This document shows positions 47,067 through 58,022 of a DNA stretch of 64,000 nt, piece by piece. Source of the DNA: Wickerhamiella versatilis. Its lineage: Eukaryota. The number at the start of each line of letters is the position of its first letter. Positions within the stretch are counted from its first letter, which is position 1. Position numbers and translations under genes: made by a program. The notes under the pieces are model-generated. The model saw only the letters and a program-made list of their open reading frames with translations, had not been told where the DNA came from and ran no database searches. The stretch covers positions 124,001 to 188,000 of the forward strand of contig JAQOWU010000003.1 in assembly GCA_030867685.1 (NCBI GenBank), given 5' to 3'.

Positions 47067-48878
47067 ATGGTGGTCGGCGAAAGTGGACAAATGCATGGAC
47101 GACGTAGTAAGATTGCCTGTATTCGCTGCCGTCACCACCGAGTGAAGTGTAATTTCGCCACACCGAAGTGCGCGAACTGCCAGACGATGGGGACCAATTG
47201 CGAAATATTGCATCCGTTAAGTGGCAAGGCAATACCGCGGGATTACGTCGAACAGTTGGAAAGGTACGCGTATAATATGGAGAAGGAACTCTCAATAATT
47301 GGACGTATAGGGCCGGTTTCCTCAGATGAAAGTGACTTTTCTTTGTGGGGTCGATCGTCAGGTATGCGGATCGGTCACGACATATGTTCACGACTGCATG
47401 CTAAGCTATTCCCCGGTGATGCGCGATTGAACTATCCCAGTCATAGAAAGCATCATGTGCTTCAGACAGGCGCAACTAGTTTGCCAACGTTACCTCCCAA
47501 GTACGAGGTGGAGGAGGCAATTATTGGATTCTATGATATAGCATATCCATACTTTCCGCTTATGGGCTATGAGGAGCTTATAGGAAAGCACTATTTAACT
47601 GTGTACGGCGTACCGGGACCCTTGCTCACCTCGAGGTACCCGAAGCTTGCGTCTCGACTGAGACGAACCATGAGCACCGACCACACGCCCCAAACCAAAC
47701 CCCCTCCAGCTCAGGCTCATTTCGACGATGCAAAACGGCCCGTCTGCAGTGCAATGTTTTTTCTATTGGAAGTTATGGCCATCGCGCACGCTGTTGACTT
47801 TAAGCATCCGCAGAAATGTGAGAAATACCACCAGTACGCACTCAGCTATTTTTACGAAGTGTTCAACACCTCAGACCTATACCATGCGCTCATAGCGCTA
47901 TTATTTGAAGCTTTCTATTCGTTGTGCCGGCCGAACTTTCCTGGAGCGTGGCAACTTAACAGCATTATAACAAATATGTGTATTGAGCAAGGACTACATC
48001 GCAAAGATGGGATGTCCGTCGGAGTGAAGCGACAAGTAGTCGAAAGTGATCGACGCAGAGCTCTCTGGTGCAGCTATATATTTGACAAGCATGTATCATC
48101 TGTTCTTGGGCGCCCATCGCTGATGTACGGGCTTGGAGTTGATACTGCGTTTCTTAATATTGATTACAGCGCATCGAGATTGTCGTATAATTGTAATGTC
48201 TTGCATCTTCTTGAAATCTTATCCATTCAAGATGGCATTAAGGTGTCCCTATATGATAGGGCGGGGATACACAAGCTCGCGACCCACGTTGCGGAGAGTG
48301 CACGTGCACAATGGATAAAGAAATTGAGGGAATGGGCTCACTCCTACTCCATTTCCGACTCAGCTTCACATCCTAACTATTCGCGCTACACCATGGTCTA
48401 CTACTACAACTCAGTACTGCTTGTCGCTGGACTCTCTCTCGACCTACCATATACCGAGGATCTAGATATTTTGGAGATACTTGGTGCATCTCAGGGTATC
48501 ATTGAAGTCTACCTATCGTTATATGCTCGAGAGAGATTAATGGTTAATTGGACTGGCGTCAGCCATTTGATATACGCAGCGAGTGCCGGAGTAGCTACAC
48601 TATGGCGAATGTTCTGGAATGGCTCGCTTGTTAATGAAGATGTACAAACATGGAATACCCTATTAAACCGATATTCAGAACTGGTCACGAACCTAAAGAA
48701 GACGATTCCGGAGGTTTGTGACATTGAGAAGCTGATCGAGTGGCCTAAACAGCTTTTCTCGCGCTTATCTCATGACTTATCAGAAAAATCGTACTTAAAC
48801 GTGGAATTCGAGAAGGGCAATTCCCAGCTGGTTTCTCCCCCAGAAGAGGAGAATTTATTAATGGACCTATTCCAGTAG
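47067..48878 (+). CDS. Zn(II)2Cys6 transcription factor, Ppr1/UaY-like
   Basis: ACIRCRHHRVKCNFATPKCANCQTMGTNC, HPLSGKAIPRDYVEQLE linker (Ppr1-like), middle homology region RRRALWCSYIFDKHVSSVLGRP. Confidence 0.9.
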   Translation: MVVGESGQMHGRRSKIACIRCRHHRVKCNFATPKCANCQTMGTNCEILHPLSGKAIPRDYVEQLERYAYNMEKELSIIGRIGPVSSDESDFSLWGRSSGMRIGHDICSRLHAKLFPGDARLNYPSHRKHHVLQTGATSLPTLPPKYEVEEAIIGFYDIAYPYFPLMGYEELIGKHYLTVYGVPGPLLTSRYPKLASRLRRTMSTDHTPQTKPPPAQAHFDDAKRPVCSAMFFLLEVMAIAHAVDFKHPQKCEKYHQYALSYFYEVFNTSDLYHALIALLFEAFYSLCRPNFPGAWQLNSIITNMCIEQGLHRKDGMSVGVKRQVVESDRRRALWCSYIFDKHVSSVLGRPSLMYGLGVDTAFLNIDYSASRLSYNCNVLHLLEILSIQDGIKVSLYDRAGIHKLATHVAESARAQWIKKLREWAHSYSISDSASHPNYSRYTMVYYYNSVLLVAGLSLDLPYTEDLDILEILGASQGIIEVYLSLYARERLMVNWTGVSHLIYAASAGVATLWRMFWNGSLVNEDVQTWNTLLNRYSELVTNLKKTIPEVCDIEKLIEWPKQLFSRLSHDLSEKSYLNVEFEKGNSQLVSPPEEENLLMDLFQ

Positions 48879-49080
48879 TGTTCGACTGAGCATGGAATGT
48901 AATATAAATAACGCTATATCTGTATTTATTTTTTGAAACTCTTTCATTATTCTTAACCACTAGAATTAGGGATAGCATGACAGCAATGAATGGATAGCAA
49001 TTAAACTGTTGCACACTGAACATGATATGTAAGTTTTTAGATTTGCTTATCTCAGATCTGGAGCTTGATCCTTATTACTG

Positions 49081-51069
49081 ATGGAGCGAGAGGAGGAGAA
49101 GCAACAGCGTTACGGATCAAGTGCGTGTGAGCGTTGTCGAGTAAGGAAAAGACGCTGTGACCGAAGATTCCCACAATGCACAGACTGCGAAAGAGCTGGT
49201 GTGGAGTGTCTCATAGCAGATGCACTATCTGGTCTCAATGTGCCACAGAATTATTTACTTCAAGTTGAGTCGCGTGTTGCGAAGCTTGAGGATGAAATTT
49301 CGCGTAGAAAGCGTGGTCAATCTACCAAAGCCGATAGTTCGGTAGCCGCCTCTCACCGGGGAGAGACGGCGGGGGTACCGTTTTGGCGTAGTATACGCTC
49401 CCACATATGTAAACTACTCAAAAAAGATGCTGAAAAAGAATTTATTGAAGTTTACCCGGGGCCTACGACTGTCCCAACTTGGAAAGCTTTTGAGGGTGAA
49501 GAGGAAAGAGCATTTTTTATGCCATCTAAGTATCAAGTGGAGGAATATTTGCAACGGTACTTTGAAGGGGTGAACACAGAAATTCCAGTTCTTCATAGAG
49601 AAGAATTCATTAAGACTTACTATGAGCCTTGGTACGGTCCTATTAGCCCTGGGTTACAGCTTGCCTCGAAATATACCGATTTGAGTCTGTCGAGATATGC
49701 AGGGGACCCACCACCGTTGACGTTATACTCGCACTACAAGGACACTGACCTAAACACGAATCCACCGCCTCCGCATACTCACTACTCACTGTATTTTCTA
49801 CTTCAGGTATTTGCGATCGCCACAACTTATAGCATTGACTCCCAAATCAGTGAGCGATATCACCAACAAGCTATGAAATATTACCACTATGTTTTGAGGT
49901 GCCCAGATCGTCTGGTAGTATTGAAAGCTGTGGTCCTGCTAGGAGTATATTGCCTGGCCCGACCAGCATTCCCAGGGTTGTATCAGGGAAGTGGTATGGC
50001 CATGCGCATGTGCGTAGAGCTAGGAATTAATGACGAGGATAATTCCTGGTCAAAGGCAGACCCCTTAACTACAGACAAATCCCGCCGCCTTTTCTGGTGC
50101 TCATATATTCTGGATCGATATGTTTCTATGCTATTGGGTAGACCAACCGCATTGTCTGAAATTTTTATCAACGTCCGTGAATTCTCTCTAGCGGATGACT
50201 CTCTGCTCCGAAAGGATTTGGTTGCCTCTGTTGATATTAACCAACTGCCAACAAATCCCTCCTATAAACATGTCTCTAAAAGACTAATATCACTGCTGCA
50301 GATCCAACAAAAAGTCAAGAATACACTTTATGGCGTCTCAAAACTATCACCTCAAAAGCTTCTAGAGCTTTATGATAAGTTTGTGATTGAGCTAAATCAG
50401 TGGTACCAGCAGCTGCCTGCAGACGATAAACTGACTAATTTCAATATCCAGGTATTGTACCTGGATATTATGTACCAGATCACGCGAATATTGCTCATTC
50501 GTGTGGCTATACCACACATGGACGATTCAAAGGGAATAATTGAGGAGTTAATGGAGGCAGGTGTCACTATCATGAATAACTTTTGTACTCTTCGAGATCA
50601 AAAAATGGTAAATTATGCCTGGGTGTCTGCTAACAACATTTTTATAGCAGCTACTGCGAGTCTGTATGCACTACTGCACCTCTCGACAGTGGAAAGTGGA
50701 ACACAAAGTGAAAGAATTGACAAGATTTCTGGCCCACTGAGGGGGTGTATGGCGCTATTGATTGAGCTTCAGAATGTATGCACAAACGCTGCTTACAGTT
50801 ACGACTTAATACAAGAGACGGAGATACTCGTAATGGATTTCATTGCCAGCAACTCCGGGCATGGTACTCAGCAAAATAGTGATACCATGTCGGAAATGGC
50901 AACGGTTCATGACCGTTCGACCGACGCAATTCACATGGCAACAGAGATTAGTGAATTTTGGGCCGCTTATAGTGAAATTCAAGCTGACACTATTTCTCAG
51001 TGTGGGTATGCTCAGGAGAGCTTGTACGAACCGATAGATTATACAGGCGAGTTCTTTACCATTTCATGA
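49081..51069 (+). CDS. Zn(II)2Cys6 transcription factor, Ppr1/UaY-like (tandem paralog)
   Basis: ACERCRVRKRRCDRRFPQCTDCERAGVEC, DALSGLNVPQNYLLQVESR, RRLFWCSYILDRYVSMLLGRP. Confidence 0.92.
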   Translation: MEREEEKQQRYGSSACERCRVRKRRCDRRFPQCTDCERAGVECLIADALSGLNVPQNYLLQVESRVAKLEDEISRRKRGQSTKADSSVAASHRGETAGVPFWRSIRSHICKLLKKDAEKEFIEVYPGPTTVPTWKAFEGEEERAFFMPSKYQVEEYLQRYFEGVNTEIPVLHREEFIKTYYEPWYGPISPGLQLASKYTDLSLSRYAGDPPPLTLYSHYKDTDLNTNPPPPHTHYSLYFLLQVFAIATTYSIDSQISERYHQQAMKYYHYVLRCPDRLVVLKAVVLLGVYCLARPAFPGLYQGSGMAMRMCVELGINDEDNSWSKADPLTTDKSRRLFWCSYILDRYVSMLLGRPTALSEIFINVREFSLADDSLLRKDLVASVDINQLPTNPSYKHVSKRLISLLQIQQKVKNTLYGVSKLSPQKLLELYDKFVIELNQWYQQLPADDKLTNFNIQVLYLDIMYQITRILLIRVAIPHMDDSKGIIEELMEAGVTIMNNFCTLRDQKMVNYAWVSANNIFIAATASLYALLHLSTVESGTQSERIDKISGPLRGCMALLIELQNVCTNAAYSYDLIQETEILVMDFIASNSGHGTQQNSDTMSEMATVHDRSTDAIHMATEISEFWAAYSEIQADTISQCGYAQESLYEPIDYTGEFFTIS

Positions 51070-51311
51070 CAATAAGATTTGCATAAGTTAGTAGTATTGA
51101 ATAAAGGCATATATCCTGATATGGCAATTGTCCTTGCGGTACCTGATAGTGGGAAGTCTTCTACCCCCCACCAAGCCATGAAGAATCCGGCTTGTCCTAC
51201 ATTGTCAGTCTATTTTTCCATTATGCGGTCGACGCTATCAAAAGTACTCTTGAAATTGTCAATTATGTAATAAAAATGCCAGAGGATCGATAACTCTATG
51301 ATAAAGCTCTC

Positions 51312-52403
51312 TTACAATCTATGCCCGAGCTTCAATTGGTTCAGTACTGCTTCTCCTACTTGAGAAGTGGTTGCTAAGCCACCGATATCTCTGGTATGAG
51401 GTCCATTTTCCAATACCTTTTCTATAGCTTTTACAATAGCCTTACTCGCAGCACTTTCGGGTCCTTTACCGTTGCCAAGGAAGTCGAGCATCAAAGCACC
51501 ACACCAGATCATAGCGATGGGATTTGCTATGCCCTTGCCGGCTATATCAGGAGCCGAACCATGAACCGGTTCAAAAAGGGACGGAAAATGACGCTCCGGA
51601 TTAAGGTTCGCAGATGGTGTAATACCAATGGTGCCTGTGGTGGCAGGTCCAAGATCCGATAAAATATCACCAAAAAGATTCGAGGCGACTACAACGTCAA
51701 ATTTATCAGGTTGCAATACAAAGCGTGCTGAGAGAATATCTATATGATGCTTTTTTGCAGTCACCGCAGGATATTCTTTTCCAATTGCATCGGCCCTTTT
51801 ATCCCACCACGGCATACTAACTGCGATACCATTGCTTTTGGTGGCCACAGTTAATTGCTTCTTACGTTGATTGGCAAGTGAATATGCATATCTTAGGATG
51901 CGATCCGTCCCGTGACGAGAAAAAATAGATTCCTGAACAACAATCTCACGGTCGGTGCCATGATATAGAGTGCCTCCAAGAGATGTATACTCCCCTTCAG
52001 TATTCTCACGAACAATCAAATAATCGATATCACCAGCTTTTCTACCGGCAAGCGGAGATTTCATTCCTTGGAAAAGCCTTACTGGGCGCAGATTCACATA
52101 TTGGTCAAATTCACGTCTGAATCTCAGAATAGACCCCCACAAAGATATATGATCAGGTACTTTATCAGGAATACCAACTGCCCCATAATAAATTGCATCA
52201 ACCCCTGCCAACTGCTCTTTCCAATCCGGGGGCATCATATCGCCATGTTGCAGGTACCAGCCACAGCTAGCCCATTCCTTGTACTCAAGTTTCAACTCAA
52301 ACCCAAAATACTTCGATACAGTCTGTAATATCTTAACCCCTACCGGAATTACCTCCTGGCCAATACCATCCCCAGGTATAACAGCAATCCGATAAACTGT
52401 CAT
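51312..52403 (-). CDS. Tartrate/D-malate dehydrogenase (decarboxylating), DmlA/TtuC-like
   Basis: YRIAVIPGDGIG, VPDHISLWGSILRFRREFDQYVNLRP, RENTEGEY, SNLFGDILSDLG, FEPVHGSAPDI; ATG 52403. Confidence 0.93.
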   Translation of the reverse strand: MTVYRIAVIPGDGIGQEVIPVGVKILQTVSKYFGFELKLEYKEWASCGWYLQHGDMMPPDWKEQLAGVDAIYYGAVGIPDKVPDHISLWGSILRFRREFDQYVNLRPVRLFQGMKSPLAGRKAGDIDYLIVRENTEGEYTSLGGTLYHGTDREIVVQESIFSRHGTDRILRYAYSLANQRKKQLTVATKSNGIAVSMPWWDKRADAIGKEYPAVTAKKHHIDILSARFVLQPDKFDVVVASNLFGDILSDLGPATTGTIGITPSANLNPERHFPSLFEPVHGSAPDIAGKGIANPIAMIWCGALMLDFLGNGKGPESAASKAIVKAIEKVLENGPHTRDIGGLATTSQVGEAVLNQLKLGHRL

Positions 52404-52679
52404 TAGTAACCTTAACACAATTTGGATTTGTCACACGCCTAATCAAACAGTGAAATTATATGCATAAAGTAAGCGTATGATTGTCTATATTAGTACATCT
52501 GTGGTGTCAGTGTGGTGTAGATAAAAAAAGGATGCTGATAGCGCAGCGCCTAGTTAGAAAGTTATGTTTGAAACCCGGAACTAGGCCCTCAGTATAGTGG
52601 CCATAAATCAATTTGATCTACGTCTGTGTATTTATTCATTCTTGAAATGATCGTATTCTGCTAATTTTAATTCATCGTT

Positions 52680-54077
52680 CTATGCCAGTATCTTCTCCAC
52701 AACGCTAATGAAAATGTCCACGTGCTTCTTCTCGAAAAGCAAGCCAGGCCGCAATCTGATCGACTGAGGGCCGCACGGACCAATGTTGACACCATGCTAT
52801 CGTGCATCACCAAGGAACTGACCGCGTTTTTCTGGCGAGCTCAAATCAAACGCAGTAAAAAGACCTGTTCCACGAAGTCTACTAATACTGCCGGATTTAA
52901 CGAATGGCTTCAGTTTCTCACGTAAGTAGTCACCAACTTCATTGGCGTGCTCGGCCAGATTGTTTTTGGCGACAAATTCGAAAATAGCTCCAGTCAGTAA
53001 CATGCGTGCAGGGTCACCATACCATGTGCTGACCTTACTAAATGCCTCCTTCGGGCGAAGTTCGGGATCACGGAAGAAGAATCCTGAGGACTGGGCCTTC
53101 TTTGAGAATGTCACCATGTCAGGAGGTGGCGACAGGTTGAAGTGCTCATGCGTCCACATCTTGCCAGTGACAGCTACACCTGCTTGGACCTCATCAATAA
53201 TCATCAAAACACCATATTTGAGAGTAAGGTCTCGAAGACCCTGGAAAAATTTGGCACTCGCATAATTATCACCGCCCTCCGACTGTATCGGCTCAATGAT
53301 AATTGCTGATATCGGGGCAGGCCAAGTCTTGAAGATTTCCTCAACCTTTTCCAGACACTTCTTCTCCTCCTGGTCGTTAACTTCGGTATTCTCTTCAAGA
53401 GGATACTGGAGCTTGGGGAAAGGTGCTTTGGGCCACTTGAATGCGGGAATACCAAGCTTATATGTTGGGTTGCTGCATGTTACTGACAAAGAACCAAATA
53501 GACTGCCATGGTATCCTGTTGTGAAGCTCAGAATGGCTCTGTCAGGGCTACCAGGGGCGCTGTTTTCCATTGCCGATGCCCTCTCCTCGGGAGTAAAATC
53601 CTTCCCATTTCTTTCTTTGTATCCTTGGTACAAGAAAGCTGTCTTGAAGGCTAGCTCATTCGCCTCTGATCCATTGTGAGCAGGCCATATCTGGTTCATC
53701 CCAGGTGGCGCATACTTGACTATCCTTTCAACTGCTGGTGCTAAATCTTTGGAAGGGAAATCTCCGGTGCATGGACGATTGATCAGAGCACTAAGCACTT
53801 CGCGAGAACTCATTGCCTCCGCGAGAAAAGGGTTGTTGTAGCCCAGAGGGACCGATGCTACTTGACAAAATAAATCCAACAGAACATTACCATCGACATC
53901 TATAAGGTAATTTCCAACAGACTTGTCGTAATCGTATACATCACTAGCCCTCTTGCAATCTATGACTTTTCTGAGCCTCTCCAACTCCTGAGTGCCAAGA
54001 GGTCCAGTGCCCTCAGTTTTCAGCTCGGGCTTTTCTGGTTCAGTGGGAAAATACTTGCTAGCCAAATCTCCGCTCAT
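52680..54077 (-). pseudogene. Uga1/GABA-transaminase-like class III aminotransferase with one in-frame TAG (52797-52799)
   Basis: YFPTEP, EPIQSEGGDN, IDEVQAG, VTFSKK (PLP Lys). Past the TAG the frame continues HGVNIGPCGPQSIRLRPGLLFEKKHVDIFISVVEKILA* (stop 52680-52682). Confidence 0.85.
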
Positions 54078-55079
54078 TGACTCAAAAAAATATCTACGCA
54101 TTTAACGCTACATTGCTGGGCATATATATAGTTGGGTTATGACATAATCCATATTTTTTATCTCTAGACTAAATAGTAAAAACACGCGAGACTTAGCATT
54201 TTGGTATATATTTGGCGAGATATTAAATAGGTAAAGATGCTGTGTTTTTGAGCAATAAGATGGTTAACTGCAAAAAGATATTTGATGGGAACCCTTTCTG
54301 GAACTGACATTTGGACTCTTATACATTATGTAGTAGTTCAATAATAAAGTTGTCCCAGCCTTAAATCTAAACAAATCAGAAAGTTTTACTCCATTTTACT
54401 GTCACAAGCGGATTTGATCTCAGCTTGAAAGGTCCAGGAGCCATGCTTCAGCCTTTCAGACAAGTCTAGAATCATTGGCATTCAGAAACAGGAAAAATAT
54501 TATTCAAGCACGGTTTATTCTGTCTTTAACCTACAACTACCAGCTATTTTCTTCCTGATTGTTCACTATCGGCAGAAATTACTGTTTTGGCTTATCTGCT
54601 TATGTCAGACTCTCGAAATCTACCGCAAAGCCCATAACTCGTAACTCGTTTCGATATGACCTTCTAGCTGAGGCTTACTTATCAAATGGATCTTTCTCCG
54701 TGGAGTTTAGCTATTTTTCTTGGTAAATTACCCTAATTCTGTAGTTTCTCCACATGACGGGTCTGGAATGCAGAGTGTATTTCTGGATTTTTATATTGCG
54801 CTTCATAAGAGCATACATATTTAATTATATGTAATTAAACATAAGTGTCACACAAATATGTGCGAAACCTCAATCTTTCATTATTTGTGACGGCAAGTCC
54901 TTTAGGAATCTACAGTGAGAAGTTCGAGATCAGATTACAGCCAAATAGTGCATTGCAAGGCTATTCCGGTGACTTCAATTGATTTTTGATCCCTTTATAA
55001 CCTACACTTAGATAGGAAAAAGCCATCATAGCCCAGCTCGTTATACTGAAAATTCGAAGGTATTAGTAATCACAATCAT

Positions 55080-55898
55080 ATGAACGTTTGTGAATTAAAT
55101 CCCTACCGTTTTGGTTTGAGGGAAGCGATCAAGCTGACAGATGCTATCGAAGATGGTTTCCAAGATGATGATTTGTACAGGGTGATCCAAGGCCCAAATT
55201 ACACATTCACCCATCCTGTGCCCCCCAACCGACGTAATGCCTATTTAAAGTGCCGCCTGAGTGTTGCATTCAAAATATGGCTAAGTGTAAGAGATATTGG
55301 AATACGATCATTTGCCTTAGTAGAGAATGGAAAGTATTATGGATACATTCGTTGGGTTCTTCCTCAAGACTATCGCAGGCAGGCTCCGTGGTATCATCGA
55401 CTAGGTACCTGGCTAGTCACGCAAGCCAGCCGTATTCTGGACGTAGTATTATTCATTGGCGAGAATCGCCCGCCTTTTGCACCTGCGGCTTTGAGTCAGA
55501 TGCGTGCTGAAAGAAGTTCCTATTTTCACACCAAACTTAGTCCTTCAGAACGTCAAACGCTTGCTCACTATTCTAATGAAGAGTTATCTAAAACTCAGTA
55601 CGACGAAGATGATTATACTCGTTGTACTCATATGGTTGTCCGAAAAACTGCGCAGGGTCGCGGGCTCGGAACATTACTGTTCCGAGAAAGTATAAAGAGA
55701 CTGGAGCCTCTATCTCCAATCTTTTTGGATGGACCAAGAAAAATATTGGCCCCACCGAAATTATGCTTGATGTCGTCTCCTATGGGCGTTAATTTCTATA
55801 AAAAGAGTGGCTTCAGAGAGCTAGGAACCCAAGTCAGCCGTTTTGATGGTATTCCTATCTCCTCAACATTTATGGAAGCGTCTTTTAGTGATACATGA
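55080..55898 (+). CDS. GNAT-family N-acetyltransferase-like protein
   Basis: Motif A VRKTAQGRGLGTLL and motif B SSPMGVNFYKKSGF. Confidence 0.8.
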   Translation: MNVCELNPYRFGLREAIKLTDAIEDGFQDDDLYRVIQGPNYTFTHPVPPNRRNAYLKCRLSVAFKIWLSVRDIGIRSFALVENGKYYGYIRWVLPQDYRRQAPWYHRLGTWLVTQASRILDVVLFIGENRPPFAPAALSQMRAERSSYFHTKLSPSERQTLAHYSNEELSKTQYDEDDYTRCTHMVVRKTAQGRGLGTLLFRESIKRLEPLSPIFLDGPRKILAPPKLCLMSSPMGVNFYKKSGFRELGTQVSRFDGIPISSTFMEASFSDT

Positions 55899-56383
55899 GG
55901 CTCGTGGATAGCTATGTGAAAATGGAATCAAAAGGAAGCTAGATATATTTATTTTACTTCATCTTATTCTAATATTCAGTAGCTTCATATACTTTAGATA
56001 CCTCGCTGAATCATTTCTAGTCAACGAAGAAGGGAACCTCGAAATTCTTCGGCAGGGAAAGACTTCGTCCTTGCGATGTATAGCACCATTTGACATAGAA
56101 AAGAATGAGTCGCACTGAAAAGTAAAGTTAATTGTGGATAAATGCGCCTGTTAACTGTAGATAGCGATTGAAAAGCACCATAGGTCTTACTTAGCCTTCA
56201 TTCTCATCCTCCACCGTTGTTCTTATACTACACGGCGAGCTGGTTAGCTTGTCGCTGGCAGATGTAATTTGTCTTAAACTAATGTGAAATGTATAATACA
56301 TTCTCGTATCTCCCATATCACGGGTGATCTGGGCATTTGCATTTAGCCGCGCAATCTATGTTTTAGTGAGACACCAGCGCTTT

Positions 56384-57418
56384 ATGAGTAATATGCAGAA
56401 AGCTGTACTGATAGGTTCCGGCGGTGTTGGAACTATAACTGCCCTTGCTTTGGAGCATACCGGTAAGTGTCAGGTAACAGTTGTTGCTCGTAGTGTATAT
56501 GAACGTGTAAAGGAACACGGCTGGTCGATTGATTCAGTGGACTACGGGAAAATTGACAATTGGCACCCTCACGCGGTGGTACCTTCGGTTGAAGCGGCTG
56601 CAGAGTCTGGCCCTTACGATTATATTGTTGTAGTAACCAAGTACATCCCAGAACTTCAGAGGACTGAAGATCTTATTCGTCCTCTTGTTAGCCCAGGATG
56701 TGGTATCGTACTTATTCAGAATGGAATAGGAAATGAAGAACCAGTTATGGAAGCTTTCCCTCAGTCTTATGTTATTGGTGGAGTGAGTGTCATTGGCTCA
56801 GCAAACTACGGTGGGCGTATCCAACACACATTAACTGACAAAGTCCATTTTGGGACTCTTGAAAAAAGACCTGAAGCAATAGAGAAGACACATGAGCTGG
56901 TAAAGCTTTACAACTGCTCCAAAAGTGAGGCGATCTTCCATCCTGATATTGCATATCGCCGGTGGTGCAAGCTGATTTATAACGCCACTTTAAACACCAC
57001 TTGTGCACTTACAGGCCTTGATACTGGGCGAATCATTTTTTCGGGGCTCATGGATAGTCTTGTGAGACCAGCTATGAAGGAAGTTCGTGCCATTGCTGAA
57101 GCAGAGACAGGAAAGAAGCTTCCTGCAGATATTGAAGAAGAAATGATTGACAGTGATGCAGGGACTTTTTATGAACCGTCGATGCTTATTGATGTCAAAA
57201 AGGGTCAAGTCATGGAACTTGAGCCAATTCTAGGAAATCCGCTTAGATATGGTGCAAAGAATGGAGTAGAAACACCAACTCTCCGAGGTATATATAAGAT
57301 GTTGCGCGGTAAACAGTTTGCAATGCTGGAAAAGTATGGCAAATACAAACTTCCCACAGAGCCATTTGACAGAGAGCTAGCTCGCAATCTTATGGGTAAG
57401 CTCCCTTGGGAGTCTTAA
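56384..57418 (+). CDS. Ketopantoate reductase (PanE/ApbA) family protein
   Basis: LIGSGGVG, IVLIQNGIGNE, WCKLIYNATLN, YEPSMLID, MELEPILGN; ATG 56384. Confidence 0.9.
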   Translation: MSNMQKAVLIGSGGVGTITALALEHTGKCQVTVVARSVYERVKEHGWSIDSVDYGKIDNWHPHAVVPSVEAAAESGPYDYIVVVTKYIPELQRTEDLIRPLVSPGCGIVLIQNGIGNEEPVMEAFPQSYVIGGVSVIGSANYGGRIQHTLTDKVHFGTLEKRPEAIEKTHELVKLYNCSKSEAIFHPDIAYRRWCKLIYNATLNTTCALTGLDTGRIIFSGLMDSLVRPAMKEVRAIAEAETGKKLPADIEEEMIDSDAGTFYEPSMLIDVKKGQVMELEPILGNPLRYGAKNGVETPTLRGIYKMLRGKQFAMLEKYGKYKLPTEPFDRELARNLMGKLPWES

Positions 57419-58022
57419 ATTGCGGCTTGCTCCTAAAGCTTTATATAACGTAAATCCATATCGGAGGGAGCTACAGGTGATTGCAAATTTTAGAAGCCAT
57501 TAATTCTTCATCATTTTCTAAGCACAAACACATATTTAGGCTAAGTTATTTTAGGAATATATGCCTTCCAGCTAGTCTTTTTGATCGAGCCTGCAATGTT
57601 TGGTTAGGGTCCGGGTAATCTGAAGACCGGAGAAAGCATTTGGCATACAAGTTGATAGTAGCAAAAACAGCAGCAATGATATGGGACGTGAACCAGTATA
57701 AATAATACTAAATTCAACGGGCACAATTGGAAAAACTCACTTATACGGTAGAATATCTATCTTTAATTGCAATTGATGCATAAAAAGACTATAAATTTAA
57801 CATCAAAAGCCCAAAAATAGTTGAAACTAGATTATATATGTCGCAATAACTCACTGAGTTTTAGGTTTAATTCGCCTAGTACCTATTTTTCGACACGAAA
57901 TTAGGCTAGTATCCGAAAGCTTAAAAAGATCATCAAATTTGTTTCAGTGATAGAGGTTCATTTAGCGACAGATGATTTAAATACGGTGATATTCTAACTA
58001 AATTTCCATCGTTCTTTTCTTC

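Noticed and set aside
23999-57418. A single pantothenate/beta-alanine pathway cluster (Fen2-like, amidase, polyamine oxidase, transaminase, PanE-like)
   Set aside because: The genes are spread over >30 kb among unrelated genes, the PAO is secreted-type and the families are functionally broad; the theme is probably coincidental.
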